DNA from: an uncultured Gemmatimonadales bacterium
Lineage (GTDB): Bacteria; Gemmatimonadota; Gemmatimonadetes; Gemmatimonadales; GWC2-71-9
Direction of reading: 5' to 3'
Assembly (NCBI GenBank): GCA_963795085.1
Contig: CAWCFX010000002.1
Location: 128,001 to 192,000 of the forward strand
Length of the DNA stretch: 64,000 bases
Part shown: in pieces, positions 49,192-60,815 of the stretch
How the letters are laid out: every line of letters begins with the position of its first letter
How positions within the stretch are numbered: position 1 is the stretch's first letter
The notes under the pieces: generated by a model
Told to the model about the DNA's origin: nothing
Databases searched by the model: none
What the model saw: the letters and a program-made list of their open reading frames with translations, nothing else
Made by a program: the position numbers and the translations under genes

Positions 49192-50307
49192 ATGACCGGC
49201 CGCCCCGCGTTTGTTTTGCTGGAGGACGGCACCTGGTACGCCGGGACCATGCCGGTCCCCGCGTCGCCCGCCTTTGGCGAGGTGGTGTTCACCACCAACC
49301 TGAGCGGTTACCAGGAGACGTTCACCGATCCCAGCTACCTCGGCCAGATCGTGGTGATGACGGCGCCCATGATCGGCAACTACGGGATCAATCCCGAGGA
49401 CATGGAGTCCGATGAGCCCCAGGTGAGCGGAGTCGTGGTCCGCGAGCTGGCCCGGCGCGCCTCCAACTGGCGCTCCCGGATGGAACTGGGCGCCTGGCTT
49501 GCCGAGCACAAGGTTCCGCTGATCGAAGGCGTGGACACCCGGAGGCTGACCAGGCATATCCGGGAGCGGGGTGCCATGCGCGGAGTGATCGCCGAGGGTG
49601 AGAAGCCGGGCGATGACCTCACAGCGCGGCTCCTGTCCTCTCCGTCCATGAACGGCCTCGACCTGGCCTCCAGGGCCACGGTGGACAAGCCCCACAGCGA
49701 AGGCGCCGGGCCCCACGTGGTCGCCATCGATTACGGCATGAAGCGCAACATCGTCCGCATGATGGTGGACCTGGGGCTCAAGGTGACGGTGGTCCCCGCT
49801 ACCACCCGGGCGGAGCAGATCCAGGCGCTCAAGCCTGACGGGCTGTTCCTGTCCAATGGCCCCGGGGACCCGGCGGCCGTCGGCTATGCCTTCAGCACCA
49901 TTCGGGACCTGGCCGAGAGCGGCTTGCCCACGTTCGGCATCTGCCTGGGGCATCAGTTGCTGGGACTCAGTTTCGGGGGCCGGACGGTCAAGCTGCCATA
50001 CGGGCACCGGGGCGGCAATCACCCGGTCCGCGACCTCGTCACCGGAAAGGTGCTCATAACCTCGCAGAACCACGGATTTGCGGTCGAAGGGGCAGGGACC
50101 AGTGTTCCAGGGGCTCCTGACCTCGAAATTACCCACCTCAATCTCAACGATGGAACGGTGGAAGGCTTGCGGCATCGGGAGTTACCGGTTTTCGCCGTAC
50201 AATACCATCCGGAGGCCTCCCCGGGCCCGCACGATGCCTACCCTCACTTCGAGGAATTCCTGGGGATTTTGCGGACCGGGCTGGGGTCAAAAGCCCCAAC
50301 CCCTTGA
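49192..50307 (+). CDS. carA: Carbamoyl-phosphate synthase small subunit
   Basis: GYQETFTDPSY, LSNGPGDP, GICLGHQ and QYHPEASPGPHD. Confidence 0.97.
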   Translation: MTGRPAFVLLEDGTWYAGTMPVPASPAFGEVVFTTNLSGYQETFTDPSYLGQIVVMTAPMIGNYGINPEDMESDEPQVSGVVVRELARRASNWRSRMELGAWLAEHKVPLIEGVDTRRLTRHIRERGAMRGVIAEGEKPGDDLTARLLSSPSMNGLDLASRATVDKPHSEGAGPHVVAIDYGMKRNIVRMMVDLGLKVTVVPATTRAEQIQALKPDGLFLSNGPGDPAAVGYAFSTIRDLAESGLPTFGICLGHQLLGLSFGGRTVKLPYGHRGGNHPVRDLVTGKVLITSQNHGFAVEGAGTSVPGAPDLEITHLNLNDGTVEGLRHRELPVFAVQYHPEASPGPHDAYPHFEEFLGILRTGLGSKAPTP

Positions 50308-50385
50308 CAGGCAACACTTAAGCTCGTAGCATCATCTCTGGGTAACCTCTCCGCGAGGGCCCTTTTGGTATGACCTCCAGGGGGA

Positions 50386-50709
50386 TTGATGACCAAAGCT
50401 GATCTCGTGGAGCAGGTCACCGCTTCCATCGCCCGAACCTCGGGTCCGATGATCTCCAAGAAGGACTGTGCCCGCGTCGTCGACGCCTTCCTTGATGCCA
50501 TCAAGGATGCGCTTAAAGCACAGCACAACATCGAGGTGCGTGGCTTTGGCACCTTCAAGATCCGGAAGAGAAAGACCCGGATGGCGCGCAACCCCCGCAC
50601 CGGCGAGCCGGTCGAGGTAGCTGCCCGCCCCGTCCCGGTCTTCAAGCCCAGCAAAGAGTTACGGGCTCTCGTCGCGGAAGAAGAAACACCGGCCGAACCC
50701 CCGGTCTGA
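50386..50709 (+). CDS. HU/IHF-family DNA-binding protein
   Basis: MTKADLV, IEVRGFGTF, ARNPRTGE and FKPSKELR. Confidence 0.95.
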   Translation: MMTKADLVEQVTASIARTSGPMISKKDCARVVDAFLDAIKDALKAQHNIEVRGFGTFKIRKRKTRMARNPRTGEPVEVAARPVPVFKPSKELRALVAEEETPAEPPV

Positions 50710-50732
50710 CGCGGCAGCGTTCGCGAGTCCCC

Positions 50733-50759
50733 CAAGAGGGCCGCCCTGCGGCCCTCTTG
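50733..50759 (+). terminator. Putative intrinsic terminator hairpin
   Basis: 12-bp stem CAAGAGGGCCGC-cct-GCGGCCCTCTTG after the HU gene; weak U tract. Confidence 0.6.
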
Positions 50760-50773
50760 TCATATATTCAGGC

Positions 50774-51040
50774 ATGAACCAGGCACCTTCCACCGTCACG
50801 CTGACCGTTCAGTTTCTCGCCCGCTACGCCGAGCTGGTAGGCCAGGACACCGCCGAGATCACCCTGCGGTCGCCGGCCACGGTGGGCCATGTTCTCGGCG
50901 CGGTACGGAGCCAGTATCCGGGAGCGCGGCAATTGCCCTCCAATCCGTTCTGCGCGTTGAACCTGGCCCAGGTGGACTTGTCAGCACCGGTTGCCGACGG
51001 AGACCAGTTGGCGTTTCTCCCCCCGGTGGCCGGCGGATGA
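50774..51040 (+). CDS. moaD: Molybdopterin synthase sulfur carrier
   Basis: C-terminal FLPPVAGG; precedes moaE. Confidence 0.9.
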   Translation: MNQAPSTVTLTVQFLARYAELVGQDTAEITLRSPATVGHVLGAVRSQYPGARQLPSNPFCALNLAQVDLSAPVADGDQLAFLPPVAGG

Positions 51041-51492
51041 ATTCCCGCTTTCTCACCGAGCGTCCTGTTGACCTGGCCTCCCTGATCGAGCGGGTCGAGG
51101 CGGACGAGCGCGGCGGGATCGCGGTGTTCCTCGGCACCGTGCGAAACCACCATGCGGGCCGGGAGGTCGAGCGGCTCGAGTACAGCGCATACGGCCCCAT
51201 GGCGGAGGCCGAGTGCGCCCGGATCGTGGCCGAAGCGGAACGGACCTGGGGTGCCGTAGTCGCGCTGGCGCACCGGATCGGGGCCCTCGGCATCGGCGAT
51301 GTGTCGGTGGCGATCGCCGCGGCCGCACCCCACCGCGATGAAGCGTTCGCGGCGTGCCGGTACGTCATCGAGGAACTGAAGCGCCGGGTCCCGATCTGGA
51401 AGCGGGAGTACTACGCCGATGGGTCGGTGGCCTGGGTGGACCCGACGGCGGAAGGCGGGATCTACCCGTCGGAAAGTTCCCGGAGTTCGTGA
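51037..51492 (+). CDS. moaE: Molybdopterin synthase catalytic subunit
   Basis: FLGTVR, LEYSAY, HRIG and KRRVPIWKRE. Confidence 0.94.
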   Translation: MNSRFLTERPVDLASLIERVEADERGGIAVFLGTVRNHHAGREVERLEYSAYGPMAEAECARIVAEAERTWGAVVALAHRIGALGIGDVSVAIAAAAPHRDEAFAACRYVIEELKRRVPIWKREYYADGSVAWVDPTAEGGIYPSESSRSS

Positions 51493-51514
51493 TGCACAAC
51501 CAGGTTTTGGATCT

Positions 51515-52591
51515 ATGAACCCATTGCCTGACCAGGAATCACCACTGACCAATCTCCTAAGGCGGCCCGCTATCCTTCTCGACTCCCTCGCCCGTTCCCT
51601 CGGCAGCCTGCGGCTCTCGGTGACCGACCGGTGCAACATGCGCTGTGGATACTGCATGCCGGAGGAGTCCTATACCTGGTTGCCCCGCGAGTCGCTGCTA
51701 TCGTACGAGGAGATGGCCCGGCTGGCGGCGTTGTTCGCCCGGGTGGGGGTGGCCAAGGTCCGGGTGACTGGCGGAGAACCGCTACTGCGCCACGACCTGC
51801 ACCGGCTGGTCGGCATGCTGCGGCCGATCCCGGGCATTCGCGACATCGCACTGACCACCAACGGCCTGCTGCTCGGTGCCCAGGCGGCGGGCCTCAGGGC
51901 CGCCGGGCTCGATCGCATCACCCTCAGCCTGGACACCCTGGTGCCGGCCCGGCTGGAACGGTTCGCCCGCTCCACCCGCCACGCCGATATCCTGGCGGGG
52001 CTCGCCGCCGCCGGCCGGGCAGGATTCACCGGTACCAAGATCAACATGGTCGTCATACGCGGGTTCAATGACGACGAGATCATCCCGATGCTGGAGTTCG
52101 CCCGGCCCCGCGGAGCCGAAGTTCGCTTCATCGAGTATATGGACGTAGGCGGCGCCACCCGGTGGTCCCTGGAGAACGTCGTGTCGCAGCGGGAGATCCT
52201 GGAGCAGGTGGCCGCCCGCTATGGATCGGTGACCGCGCTTCCCGGCCGGGCCTCCGCCCCCGCCGAGCGGTTCCAGCTGCCCGATGCCACCACTTTCGGG
52301 ATCATCGCCTCGACCACCCAGCCTTTTTGCCGCGATTGCGACCGGAGCCGGGTTACTGCCGACGGTACCTGGCTCCTCTGCCTCTACGCCGAGAACGGGA
52401 TTGACCTGCGCGAACCGCTGCGAAACGGGGCGGACGACGAGGCGCTGCTGGCGCTGATCCGGGCGGCGTGGACGACCCGGGACGACCGGGGCGCGGAACG
52501 CCGGGCGGAAATGCCCGGGCGGGAACCCCTGTACCAGCTGGAAGGTCTCCGCGCCGATCCTCGCCGGGAGATGCACACCCGGGGCGGTTAG
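51515..52591 (+). CDS. moaA: GTP 3',8-cyclase
   Basis: LRLSVTDRCNMRCGYC, TGGEPLLR, FCRDCDR..CLY and C-terminal GG. Confidence 0.95.
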   Translation: MNPLPDQESPLTNLLRRPAILLDSLARSLGSLRLSVTDRCNMRCGYCMPEESYTWLPRESLLSYEEMARLAALFARVGVAKVRVTGGEPLLRHDLHRLVGMLRPIPGIRDIALTTNGLLLGAQAAGLRAAGLDRITLSLDTLVPARLERFARSTRHADILAGLAAAGRAGFTGTKINMVVIRGFNDDEIIPMLEFARPRGAEVRFIEYMDVGGATRWSLENVVSQREILEQVAARYGSVTALPGRASAPAERFQLPDATTFGIIASTTQPFCRDCDRSRVTADGTWLLCLYAENGIDLREPLRNGADDEALLALIRAAWTTRDDRGAERRAEMPGREPLYQLEGLRADPRREMHTRGG

Positions 52592-52619
52592 TTCCGCACC
52601 CTTTCATCTTTCGCTGCCC

Positions 52620-53087
52620 ATGGCCCTGCACATCGCCCTGCTCGAACCCCGGATCCCGCCCAACACCGGCAACATCGCCCGGCTCTGTGCCGCCACCCAG
52701 TCGTCGCTCCACCTGGTGGAGCCGCTGGGTTTCCGCATCGATGACGCCGAGCTCAAGCGGGCTGGACTGGATTACTGGGAACACGTGGATCTCTGGGTCC
52801 ATCCGCACTGGCGGGCCTTTCGGGATGCCATGTCCCGGGAGCGGTGCCTCTATTTCTCCGCCAATGCCACGGTGCCCTACTGGGCGGCCCCTTACCGGTC
52901 CAACAGCTGCCTGGTGTTCGGGAGCGAGACCCAGGGGATGCCGGACCGGATCCTGGAGAAGTATCCCGGTCGGTGCTTCACGATTCCGATGACGGGGCCG
53001 GTGCGCAGCCTGAACCTGGCCACGGCGGCGGGGATCGTGCTGTACGAGGCCATCCGCCAGTGCGGGAGCAATCCCGGCCCCGGATGA
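52620..53087 (+). CDS. trmL: tRNA (cytidine/uridine-2'-O)-methyltransferase TrmL
   Basis: PRIPPNTGNIARLC, RAGLDYW and VRSLNLA. Confidence 0.93.
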   Translation: MALHIALLEPRIPPNTGNIARLCAATQSSLHLVEPLGFRIDDAELKRAGLDYWEHVDLWVHPHWRAFRDAMSRERCLYFSANATVPYWAAPYRSNSCLVFGSETQGMPDRILEKYPGRCFTIPMTGPVRSLNLATAAGIVLYEAIRQCGSNPGPG

Positions 53088-54853
53088 TTTCTCGCGCGAT
53101 CTGGGAAACGGCCCGGGACCGCCTCCGCTCCTCGTGGCGCGGTGCAGCTCTGGTCACGGCGGCGGGCGGAACCGGATTAGGATTTCTGCTTGCCACGCAG
53201 GCCTTTACCCGGGGCGGCGGCCTCCAGCTTCCGCCGGTCGGAGAAGTTGGCCCCATTCTCCAGTGGACGTCATACTACCGGGAAGCCGGCTCGGTCCGGG
53301 GCACGGCGCTGGCTGACCTGCTCTCCTTCCTGGTGATCATCGGATGGTCCATCGTGGCTTGTGCCCTGGTGACCCTCGCCGCCGGAGCGGCTGCCCAGGC
53401 AGTAGTTCGCCGCCAGGACGGGATCTTGCGCCGGGCGGCAGGCGCGACACACCGGGTGCTGCAGTTCTCCCTGCTGGCGGAACTCGGGGTCGTTGCCGCC
53501 CTGGTGGTGGTCGCCGGCCTGCTGGGCGGCACCCTGGCGGGAGCCGCCGGTATCGCGACCTGGCCTGGCGACATCGGAGGCGCAGGTGCTGCCTACCGGC
53601 TCGGCTGGGTCGGGACTCTCCTGCTCGCGACCGCGCTGGCCATCCTGATCTGGCCGCCGCCCCGCCGCCTTGTGCCGGCGGAACCGCCGGACCTTCCCCT
53701 CGTCATTCCCGCCGCGCAACTCGGGCTGGCCTTCGCGGTCATCATGACCGGAATCCGGGTGGCGCAGCTGGCGGATCGCCCGGTCGCGCCGGCCGCGGAG
53801 CGGAACCCGCCCGGCATGGTAATCCCGATCAGGGTGACCGATACCGCCGAGCCCGATCGCGGCCGCCAGTACGAGGCCCTCCTCGAGGCGCTTTCCAGAA
53901 ACCCGCATGTCGAGCTGGCAAGTCTGACGGGAGCAGGCAGCCCGGAAGATCTCGGGCCCGTGGATTATGCGACGAGCGACTGCGGTTTCTGCCGCACCGG
54001 CGGGATATTTCTTCCATTCCACAATTTTCCGGCGGTTCACGAGTTCGTCAGCGCGGATACCTTCCGGGCACGGCGCCAGGAACTGATGGAGGGCCGCTTT
54101 TTCACCATGGAGGACCGGAAGTCTTCGCGACCGGTAGCCATCGTCGGCCGCCACCTGGCACAGCGGCATTTCCAGGGCGGTCACGCGCTGGGGCGGGACC
54201 TCTTCCTGGGCGCGCACTTCCCCGGGCTGCCGTACCAGGTCGTTGGAGTCGTGGAAGACCCTGACCCGGCGGGCATCGGATCGGCCGCGTTTCCCCTGTC
54301 GCGGGTGTACTTGAGCGTTCTGCAGCACCCACCCGCCACCGTGGACCTGCTGGTACAGGGTGACGACACCAGCGCGCAGGAGGAGGCGGTGCGAATCCTG
54401 GGGCCCGCGGCGGCGGGTCCTCCCCAATCCTTGAATGGCCGGGCCTGGCAGGAGGCCCAGCGGGTTGGATGGATCAGCCGGTGTATGGGCGCGGCCGGGG
54501 TAGCGCTCCTCCTCCTGGGAATGGCCGGGACGTTTGCCTCCCTCAGCCTCTGGGTTCGGGGCCACGCCCCCGAGATTGCGCTCCGGCGCGCGGTGGGGGC
54601 GTCCCGGGTTCGCATGCTGCTGTTCGCCCTGAGCGCGGCGGCGCGGGTTGCCCTGGGAGGGGTCGCCATCGGCCTGTTCGCCTACTCCACCGTTGCGCTG
54701 CCAACGGCATCCCGGTTCGTGGCCGGACTGGCCGGATGGAGTTGGCCGCTGGCCGGGGGTCTCGCGCTGCTTCTGGGCCTGGTGGCACTCGTCGCAGTCA
54801 CCACTCCCATGTCTCGCATACTCCGAACTCCGCCCTCCCGCCTCCTGCGCTGA
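53084..54853 (+). CDS. MacB/FtsX-type ABC permease (no adjacent ATPase)
   Basis: Duplicated TM blocks with ILRRAAGAT and EIALRRAVGAS; periplasmic GRFFT..VAIV..YQVVGVV. Confidence 0.8.
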   Translation: MISRAIWETARDRLRSSWRGAALVTAAGGTGLGFLLATQAFTRGGGLQLPPVGEVGPILQWTSYYREAGSVRGTALADLLSFLVIIGWSIVACALVTLAAGAAAQAVVRRQDGILRRAAGATHRVLQFSLLAELGVVAALVVVAGLLGGTLAGAAGIATWPGDIGGAGAAYRLGWVGTLLLATALAILIWPPPRRLVPAEPPDLPLVIPAAQLGLAFAVIMTGIRVAQLADRPVAPAAERNPPGMVIPIRVTDTAEPDRGRQYEALLEALSRNPHVELASLTGAGSPEDLGPVDYATSDCGFCRTGGIFLPFHNFPAVHEFVSADTFRARRQELMEGRFFTMEDRKSSRPVAIVGRHLAQRHFQGGHALGRDLFLGAHFPGLPYQVVGVVEDPDPAGIGSAAFPLSRVYLSVLQHPPATVDLLVQGDDTSAQEEAVRILGPAAAGPPQSLNGRAWQEAQRVGWISRCMGAAGVALLLLGMAGTFASLSLWVRGHAPEIALRRAVGASRVRMLLFALSAAARVALGGVAIGLFAYSTVALPTASRFVAGLAGWSWPLAGGLALLLGLVALVAVTTPMSRILRTPPSRLLR

Positions 54854-54940
54854 GATCCTGGTTCCGCCGGGACGTGCCTTTCATCACCGCGAGGGTCACC
54901 CGCCGGGGTGACCTTCGTTCCACCACCCACGAGGTCGCCC

Positions 54941-56224
54941 ATGGCACAGGGACGGTCAAAAATGTTCTGGATATTGCTCGGCGCCGCCGCCGCCGTCGTT
55001 CTCACCATCATCGTTCTGAATCTTTCCGCGGGGGAGACTCGGAAGCCGCTGGAGATCAGTCACGAGTACGGGGTGGCCGACCCTCAGTTCCCCCGCTACA
55101 TGGGCAGCTTCCTGGGCCCCGCCATTCTCGAGGGCAACACGGTCACCACGCTCCGGAACGGGGACGAGATCTTCCCCGCCATGCTCGCCGCCATCCGCTC
55201 GGCGACCCGGTCCGTCACCTTCGAGACCTACATCTACTGGTCGGGAGAGATCGGCCGGGAGTTTGCCGGGGCGCTGGCGGAGCGGGCGCGAGCCGGGGTC
55301 CGGGTACATGTCCTGCTGGATTGGGCGGGGGCCGCCAAAATGGATGACCAATCCCTGTCCATGATGAGGGACGCCGGGGTGGAAGTCGAGAAGTACCACC
55401 CCCTCCGCTGGTATAACCTCTCCCGGATGAACAACCGCACCCACCGGAAGCTGCTGGTCGTGGACGGTAAGGTCGGATTCACGGGCGGCGTGGGGGTGGC
55501 GGATGTCTGGGCGGGGCATGCCCAGGACTCGGCCCACTGGCGGGATACCCATTTCCGGCTGGAAGGCCCGGCCGTGAACCAGATGCAGGCCGCCTTTATC
55601 GATAACTGGATCAAGACCCGGGCGCAGGCGCTCCACGGGGACGACTATTTCCCGCCGCTGGACTCCGCCGGGCCCGCCCGGGCGCAGGTCTTCAAGAGTT
55701 CGGCCGGAGACGGCAGCGAGAACACCCAGCTGATGTACCTGGCGTCGATCGCGGCAGCGGAACGGTCGATCCTGCTGTCCAGTTCCTACTTCGTCCCCGA
55801 CAGCCTGTCCATCGCCAAGCTGGCGGAAGCGAGCCGGCGAGGGGTACGGGTCGAAATCATCGTTCCCGGGCGCCACATCGATTCCAAGATCGTCCGGAAG
55901 GCTTCCCGGGGGCTCTGGGGCCCGCTCCTCGAGGCAGGGGTCCGGATCTTCGAGTATCAGCCGACGATGTTCCACGTCAAAGTGATGGTGGTGGACGGAC
56001 TCTGGTCCTCCGTGGGGTCCACCAACTTCGACGAGCGATCGTTCCGGCTCAACGACGAGGCGAATCTCAACGTCCTGGACGGCGATTTCGCCCGGGTGCA
56101 GGAGGGCGTGTTCGAGGAGGACAAAGCGCAGTCCCGCGAGGTCACCCTGGAGATGTGGCGAAACCGGCCCCGGAGCGAGCGGATCAAGGAATGGCTCGCC
56201 GGCCTGTTCCGCAGCCAGCTCTGA
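54941..56224 (+). CDS. cls: Cardiolipin synthase (PLD family)
   Basis: Two HKD motifs, HRKLLVVD and HVKVMVVD. Confidence 0.88.
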   Translation: MAQGRSKMFWILLGAAAAVVLTIIVLNLSAGETRKPLEISHEYGVADPQFPRYMGSFLGPAILEGNTVTTLRNGDEIFPAMLAAIRSATRSVTFETYIYWSGEIGREFAGALAERARAGVRVHVLLDWAGAAKMDDQSLSMMRDAGVEVEKYHPLRWYNLSRMNNRTHRKLLVVDGKVGFTGGVGVADVWAGHAQDSAHWRDTHFRLEGPAVNQMQAAFIDNWIKTRAQALHGDDYFPPLDSAGPARAQVFKSSAGDGSENTQLMYLASIAAAERSILLSSSYFVPDSLSIAKLAEASRRGVRVEIIVPGRHIDSKIVRKASRGLWGPLLEAGVRIFEYQPTMFHVKVMVVDGLWSSVGSTNFDERSFRLNDEANLNVLDGDFARVQEGVFEEDKAQSREVTLEMWRNRPRSERIKEWLAGLFRSQL

Positions 56225-56332
56225 CCGCGGCGGTGGCCGGACCACTCCACTGCGTTTAGGTTTCACGCCGCCGGATGCCCCCATTCGGCGGCGTTGCCCT
56301 GCTCCTTCCAACCCGAATCAGCGAGCGAACGG

Positions 56333-57262
56333 ATGCTTTCGAAGATCACCGTAGTGGGAGCCGGCAACGTAGGCGCCACGGCGGCCCAGCGGCTGGCCGA
56401 GAAGAACCTGGCCCGCACCGTGGTCATGGTGGACGTGGTCGAGGGGATTCCCCAGGGCAAGGCCCTGGACCAGTGGCAGTCGGCCCCGGTGGAAGGCTTC
56501 GACACCCGGGTGGTCGGCTCCAATGGCTACGACGCGGCCGCGGGCTCCGAGATCTTCGTGGTGACCGCCGGGATCGCCCGGAAGCCGGGGATGAGCCGGG
56601 ACGACCTGGTCAAGACCAACGCCGGAATCGTCTCCTCCGTCTCGGCCGAGATCAAGCGGGTGGCTCCCCACAGCATCATCGTGATGGTGTCCAACCCGCT
56701 CGACGCCATGTGCTACGTGGCCATGAAGGGCACCGGGTTCCCCCGGGAGCGGGTCATCGGGATGGCCGGGGTTCTCGATACCGCCCGCTATCGCGCCTTC
56801 CTGGCGGAGGCGCTCAATGTGTCCGTGCAGGACATCCAGGCAATGGTGCTGGGCGGCCACGGCGATACCATGGTCCCGCTGATCTCCTACACTACGGTCT
56901 CCGGCATTCCCATCGACCAGCTGATGGCAAAGGACGCGCTGGACGCCATCGTCCAGCGCACCCGGAACGGCGGAGCCGAGATCGTCTCCTTCCTCAAGAC
57001 CGGGTCGGCCTACTACGCGCCCAGCGCCTCGGCCGTTCAGATGGTGGAAGCGATCGCGCTGGACAAGAAGCGCATCCTGCCCTGTTCCGCCTGGCTCACC
57101 GGTGAATACGGCCTGCGGGATGTTTTCTGTGGGGTACCCTGCAGACTGGGGCGCGCCGGCCTGGAGGAGATCGTCCCCATCACCCTGAGCGACGCCGAAC
57201 GGGCGGAACTCCACAAGTCGGCGGAGAACGTGCGCGATACCATGAAGGCCACGGGGGTATAA
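56333..57262 (+). CDS. mdh: Malate dehydrogenase
   Basis: [22 protein letters not shown] and GGHGD. Confidence 0.96.
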   Translation: MLSKITVVGAGNVGATAAQRLAEKNLARTVVMVDVVEGIPQGKALDQWQSAPVEGFDTRVVGSNGYDAAAGSEIFVVTAGIARKPGMSRDDLVKTNAGIVSSVSAEIKRVAPHSIIVMVSNPLDAMCYVAMKGTGFPRERVIGMAGVLDTARYRAFLAEALNVSVQDIQAMVLGGHGDTMVPLISYTTVSGIPIDQLMAKDALDAIVQRTRNGGAEIVSFLKTGSAYYAPSASAVQMVEAIALDKKRILPCSAWLTGEYGLRDVFCGVPCRLGRAGLEEIVPITLSDAERAELHKSAENVRDTMKATGV

Positions 57263-57300
57263 CCGACCGTGCAGCGGGCAGCGTGCCGGAGGACCACGCG

Positions 57301-57984
57301 ATGGGCGATCGCCAGATGACGAGCGGCCTCCTTGTGTTCTACCGGTCCTCGGTAGGAAAGAAAGTCATCATGGGGGTGACCGGCCTGGTCCTGGTCGGGT
57401 TCGTCGTTTCCCATGTGGTGTCCAATCTGCTCATCTTCTCGGGACCGGAAGGCCTGGACGGGTATGCCGCCTTCCTCCGGAGCACCGGCAAGCTGCTCTG
57501 GGTGGCCCGGGGCGGACTCATCCTCGCTGCCATTCTCCACATCGATGCCGCCGTCCAGCTGACCCGCCGGGCCCGGGCCGGCCGCCCGGCCGGGTACCGG
57601 AAGCGGGTTCCCCAGGCCTCGACGTGGGGCGCCCGCAGCATGCGCTGGGGCGGGGTGCTCCTGCTGCTGTTCATCGTCATCCACCTGCTCCACTTCACCT
57701 TCGGCACCCTGCACCCGACCTTCCCGCGGTTCAGTCACACAACGGTGTATGCCAATGTGGTCGCCGGCTTTTCCTCGGTGTGGTGGGTGGTAGGGTACGA
57801 GGTTGCCATGGTGGCGCTCGGCTTCCATTTGTACCACGGTGTTGCCGCGATGGCCATGAGCCTCGGTGCCAGTCATCCGCGCTATACTCCGCTGTGGCGG
57901 AAGGTCGCCGCGGGGCTCGCGGTCCTGGTCGCCGCCGGTTTCATGGTAATCCCCCTGGCCGTCTATGCCAGATGGATCACCTGA
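57301..57984 (+). CDS. sdhC: Succinate dehydrogenase cytochrome b subunit
   Basis: [13 protein letters not shown] and five TMs with His ligands. Confidence 0.9.
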   Translation: MGDRQMTSGLLVFYRSSVGKKVIMGVTGLVLVGFVVSHVVSNLLIFSGPEGLDGYAAFLRSTGKLLWVARGGLILAAILHIDAAVQLTRRARAGRPAGYRKRVPQASTWGARSMRWGGVLLLLFIVIHLLHFTFGTLHPTFPRFSHTTVYANVVAGFSSVWWVVGYEVAMVALGFHLYHGVAAMAMSLGASHPRYTPLWRKVAAGLAVLVAAGFMVIPLAVYARWIT

Positions 57985-58024
57985 CGCGGCGCGTTACTTC
58001 TTACTTCTCACTTCTCACTCATCC

Positions 58025-59938
58025 ATGATCCTGGACGCACGCACACCCCCCGGGCCGCTGGAGCAGAAGTGGAGCCGTCATCGGTTCGACCTCAAGCTGG
58101 TCAACCCGGCCAACAAACGGAAATACCGGATCCTGGTCGTGGGCAGCGGCCTGGCCGGCGGCGCCGCGTCCGCCACGCTGGGCGAGCTGGGATACCAGGT
58201 GAGCTGTTTCTGCTTTCAGGATTCTCCGCGGCGGGCGCACAGCATTGCCGCTCAGGGGGGCATCAACGCCGCCAAGAACTACCAGAATGACGGCGACAGC
58301 GTGTTCCGGCTCTTCTACGATACCATCAAGGGGGGGGACTTCCGTTCCCGGGAAGCGAACGTGTACCGCCTGGCCGAGGTCAGCGTCAACATTATTGACC
58401 AGTGCGTGGCCCAGGGCGTGCCGTTCGCGCGGGAGTATGGCGGCATGCTGTCCAACCGGTCCTTCGGCGGCGCCCAGGTGTCGCGGACGTTCTATGCCCG
58501 GGGGCAGACCGGCCAGCAGCTGCTGCTGGGCGCCTACCAGGCGCTGGAGCGGCAGATCCGCGCCGGCAGCGTCCAGATGTTTCCCCGCTCCGAAATGCTG
58601 GACCTGGTCGTCATTGATGGCAAGGCGCGGGGCATCATCGTCCGCAACCTGGTGAGCGGGGCGGTGGAGACCCACCTGGGCGATGCGGTGGTGCTGGGCA
58701 CCGGCGGCTACGGCAACGTCTTCTACCTCTCGACCAACGCCAAGGGGAGCAACGCTACCGCCATCTGGCGGGCTCACAAGCGGGGCGCGGCGTTTGCCAA
58801 TCCCTGTTTTACCCAGATACACCCGACCTGCATCCCGGTGACCGGGGACCACCAGTCCAAGCTCACCCTGATGAGCGAATCGCTGCGAAATGACGGGCGG
58901 GTCTGGGTGCCCCGCACGCCGGGGGACAAGCGACCGCCCAGCCAGATCCCCGAGGGCGACCGGGACTACTATCTGGAGCGGAAGTACCCCAGCTTCGGCA
59001 ACCTGGCCCCCCGCGACATTGCCTCTCGGGGCGCCAAGGAAGCCTGCGATGCCGGCCTCGGCGTCGGCGAGGGTGGTCTCGGCGTGTACCTCGATTTCGC
59101 CGATGCCATCGGCCGCCAGGGGCGGGAAGTGATCGAAGAGCGCTATGGCAATCTCTTCGAAATGTACCAGCGGATCACCGCCGAGAATCCCTACCAGGTC
59201 CCCATGCGGATCTACCCCGCCGTCCACTACACCATGGGCGGGCTCTGGGTGGACTACAACCTGATGGGGACCATCCCCGGTCTCTTCGTCATCGGCGAGG
59301 CCAACTTCTCCGATCACGGCGCCAACCGCCTCGGGGCCAGCGCCCTGATGCAGGGACTGGCCGATGGCTACTTCGTGCTTCCCACCACCATCGGCGATTA
59401 CCTGGCGACGGCCCGTCCCGGGCCGGTGACCGCGGACGCACCGGAGGCCACCGCCGCGCTGACCGCGGTGCAGAACCGGACTGCCCGGCTGTTGTCCATT
59501 CGGGGGAAACGAACCGTCGATTCGATCCATCGGGAACTGGGAAAGGTCATGTGGGATTACTGCGGTATGGCCCGGAACGCCGCCGGGCTCACCACGGCAC
59601 TCCAGCGGATCCCGGCGATCCGGGAGGAGTTCTGGCGCAACGTCACCGTGCTGGGCAAGGGCGAAGAGCTGAACCAGTCCCTGGAAAAGGCCGGCCGGGT
59701 GGCCGACTTCCTGGAACTGGCCGAGCTGATGTGCATGGATGCCCTCCACCGGGAGGAATCCTGCGGCGGCCATTTCCGGGAGGAGTACCAGACTCCGGAC
59801 GGCGAGGCCCTGCGGAACGATGAGCGGTTCGCCTACGTCGCTGCCTGGGAACACTCCGGCGACGCCAGGCCGCCGGTCCTGGTCAAGGAACCGCTGACCT
59901 TCGAGCGGGTGCAGCTTTCGCAGCGAAGCTACAAATAG
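58025..59938 (+). CDS. sdhA: Succinate dehydrogenase/fumarate reductase flavoprotein
   Basis: [30 protein letters not shown] and HGANRLGAS. Confidence 0.96.
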   Translation: MILDARTPPGPLEQKWSRHRFDLKLVNPANKRKYRILVVGSGLAGGAASATLGELGYQVSCFCFQDSPRRAHSIAAQGGINAAKNYQNDGDSVFRLFYDTIKGGDFRSREANVYRLAEVSVNIIDQCVAQGVPFAREYGGMLSNRSFGGAQVSRTFYARGQTGQQLLLGAYQALERQIRAGSVQMFPRSEMLDLVVIDGKARGIIVRNLVSGAVETHLGDAVVLGTGGYGNVFYLSTNAKGSNATAIWRAHKRGAAFANPCFTQIHPTCIPVTGDHQSKLTLMSESLRNDGRVWVPRTPGDKRPPSQIPEGDRDYYLERKYPSFGNLAPRDIASRGAKEACDAGLGVGEGGLGVYLDFADAIGRQGREVIEERYGNLFEMYQRITAENPYQVPMRIYPAVHYTMGGLWVDYNLMGTIPGLFVIGEANFSDHGANRLGASALMQGLADGYFVLPTTIGDYLATARPGPVTADAPEATAALTAVQNRTARLLSIRGKRTVDSIHRELGKVMWDYCGMARNAAGLTTALQRIPAIREEFWRNVTVLGKGEELNQSLEKAGRVADFLELAELMCMDALHREESCGGHFREEYQTPDGEALRNDERFAYVAAWEHSGDARPPVLVKEPLTFERVQLSQRSYK

Positions 59939-59977
59939 AGTGCCGAGTGCCGAGTGCAGAGTGCAGAGAGGAACGCA

Positions 59978-60724
59978 ATGAATCTTACGCTCCAGGTCTG
60001 GCGCCAGCCGAACCCGCAGTCGCCCGGCCGCATGGTCACCTATCAGGCGGCCGGGATCAGTCCGGACATATCCTTTCTCGAGATGCTTGATGCCGTCAAC
60101 GAAGGCCTGATCGCGAAGGGTGAAGCGCCGATCGCCTTCGACCACGACTGCCGGGAAGGGATCTGCGGGTCCTGCGGCATGATGATCAACGGGGTGGCCC
60201 ACGGGCCCAACCGCGGCACCGCGACCTGCCAGCTCCATATGCGGAGCTTCGCGGATGGCGACACCATTTGCATCGAGCCCTGGCGGGCCCTCGCCTTTCC
60301 TGTCATCCGGGATCTGGTGGTGGACCGGAGCCCGCTCGACCGGATCATTCAGGCGGGAGGGTTCATTTCCGCCGATACCGGCGGGGCCCAGGATGCCAAC
60401 GCGATGCTGATCCCCAAGGAGAACGTGGATCTCGCCATGGACGCGGCCCAGTGCATCGGCTGCGGCGCGTGCGTGGCGGCCTGTCCCAATGCCTCGGCGA
60501 TGCTGTTCACCGGGGCCAAGGTGACCCATCTGGGCCTGTTGCCCCAGGGCCAGCCCGAGCGCCGGGAACGGGCCCTCCAGATGGTCTCCCAGATGGACAT
60601 CGAGGGGTTCGGCGGCTGCACCTGGTTCGGCGAGTGCGAGGCCGCCTGTCCCAAGGAGATCAAAATTGAAGTAATCGCGCGGATGTATCGGGACTACCTG
60701 GTGGCCAGCCTGGCATCCCGCTGA
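59978..60724 (+). CDS. sdhB: Succinate dehydrogenase Fe-S subunit
   Basis: [21 protein letters not shown] and [12 protein letters not shown]. Confidence 0.96.
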   Translation: MNLTLQVWRQPNPQSPGRMVTYQAAGISPDISFLEMLDAVNEGLIAKGEAPIAFDHDCREGICGSCGMMINGVAHGPNRGTATCQLHMRSFADGDTICIEPWRALAFPVIRDLVVDRSPLDRIIQAGGFISADTGGAQDANAMLIPKENVDLAMDAAQCIGCGACVAACPNASAMLFTGAKVTHLGLLPQGQPERRERALQMVSQMDIEGFGGCTWFGECEAACPKEIKIEVIARMYRDYLVASLASR

Positions 60725-60815
60725 CCGCCCCTGTCCATCCGGCCCGCCTTCGCTCGTCACCTAGGACACTCATGGCCGGAGCCCGAACCTGCGTCTGACT
60801 GCCGCCGTTCTGTTC

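Noticed and set aside
49192..50307. carA without carB, and ispD without ispF
   Set aside because: Split arrangements are common, and the partners may lie outside the window.
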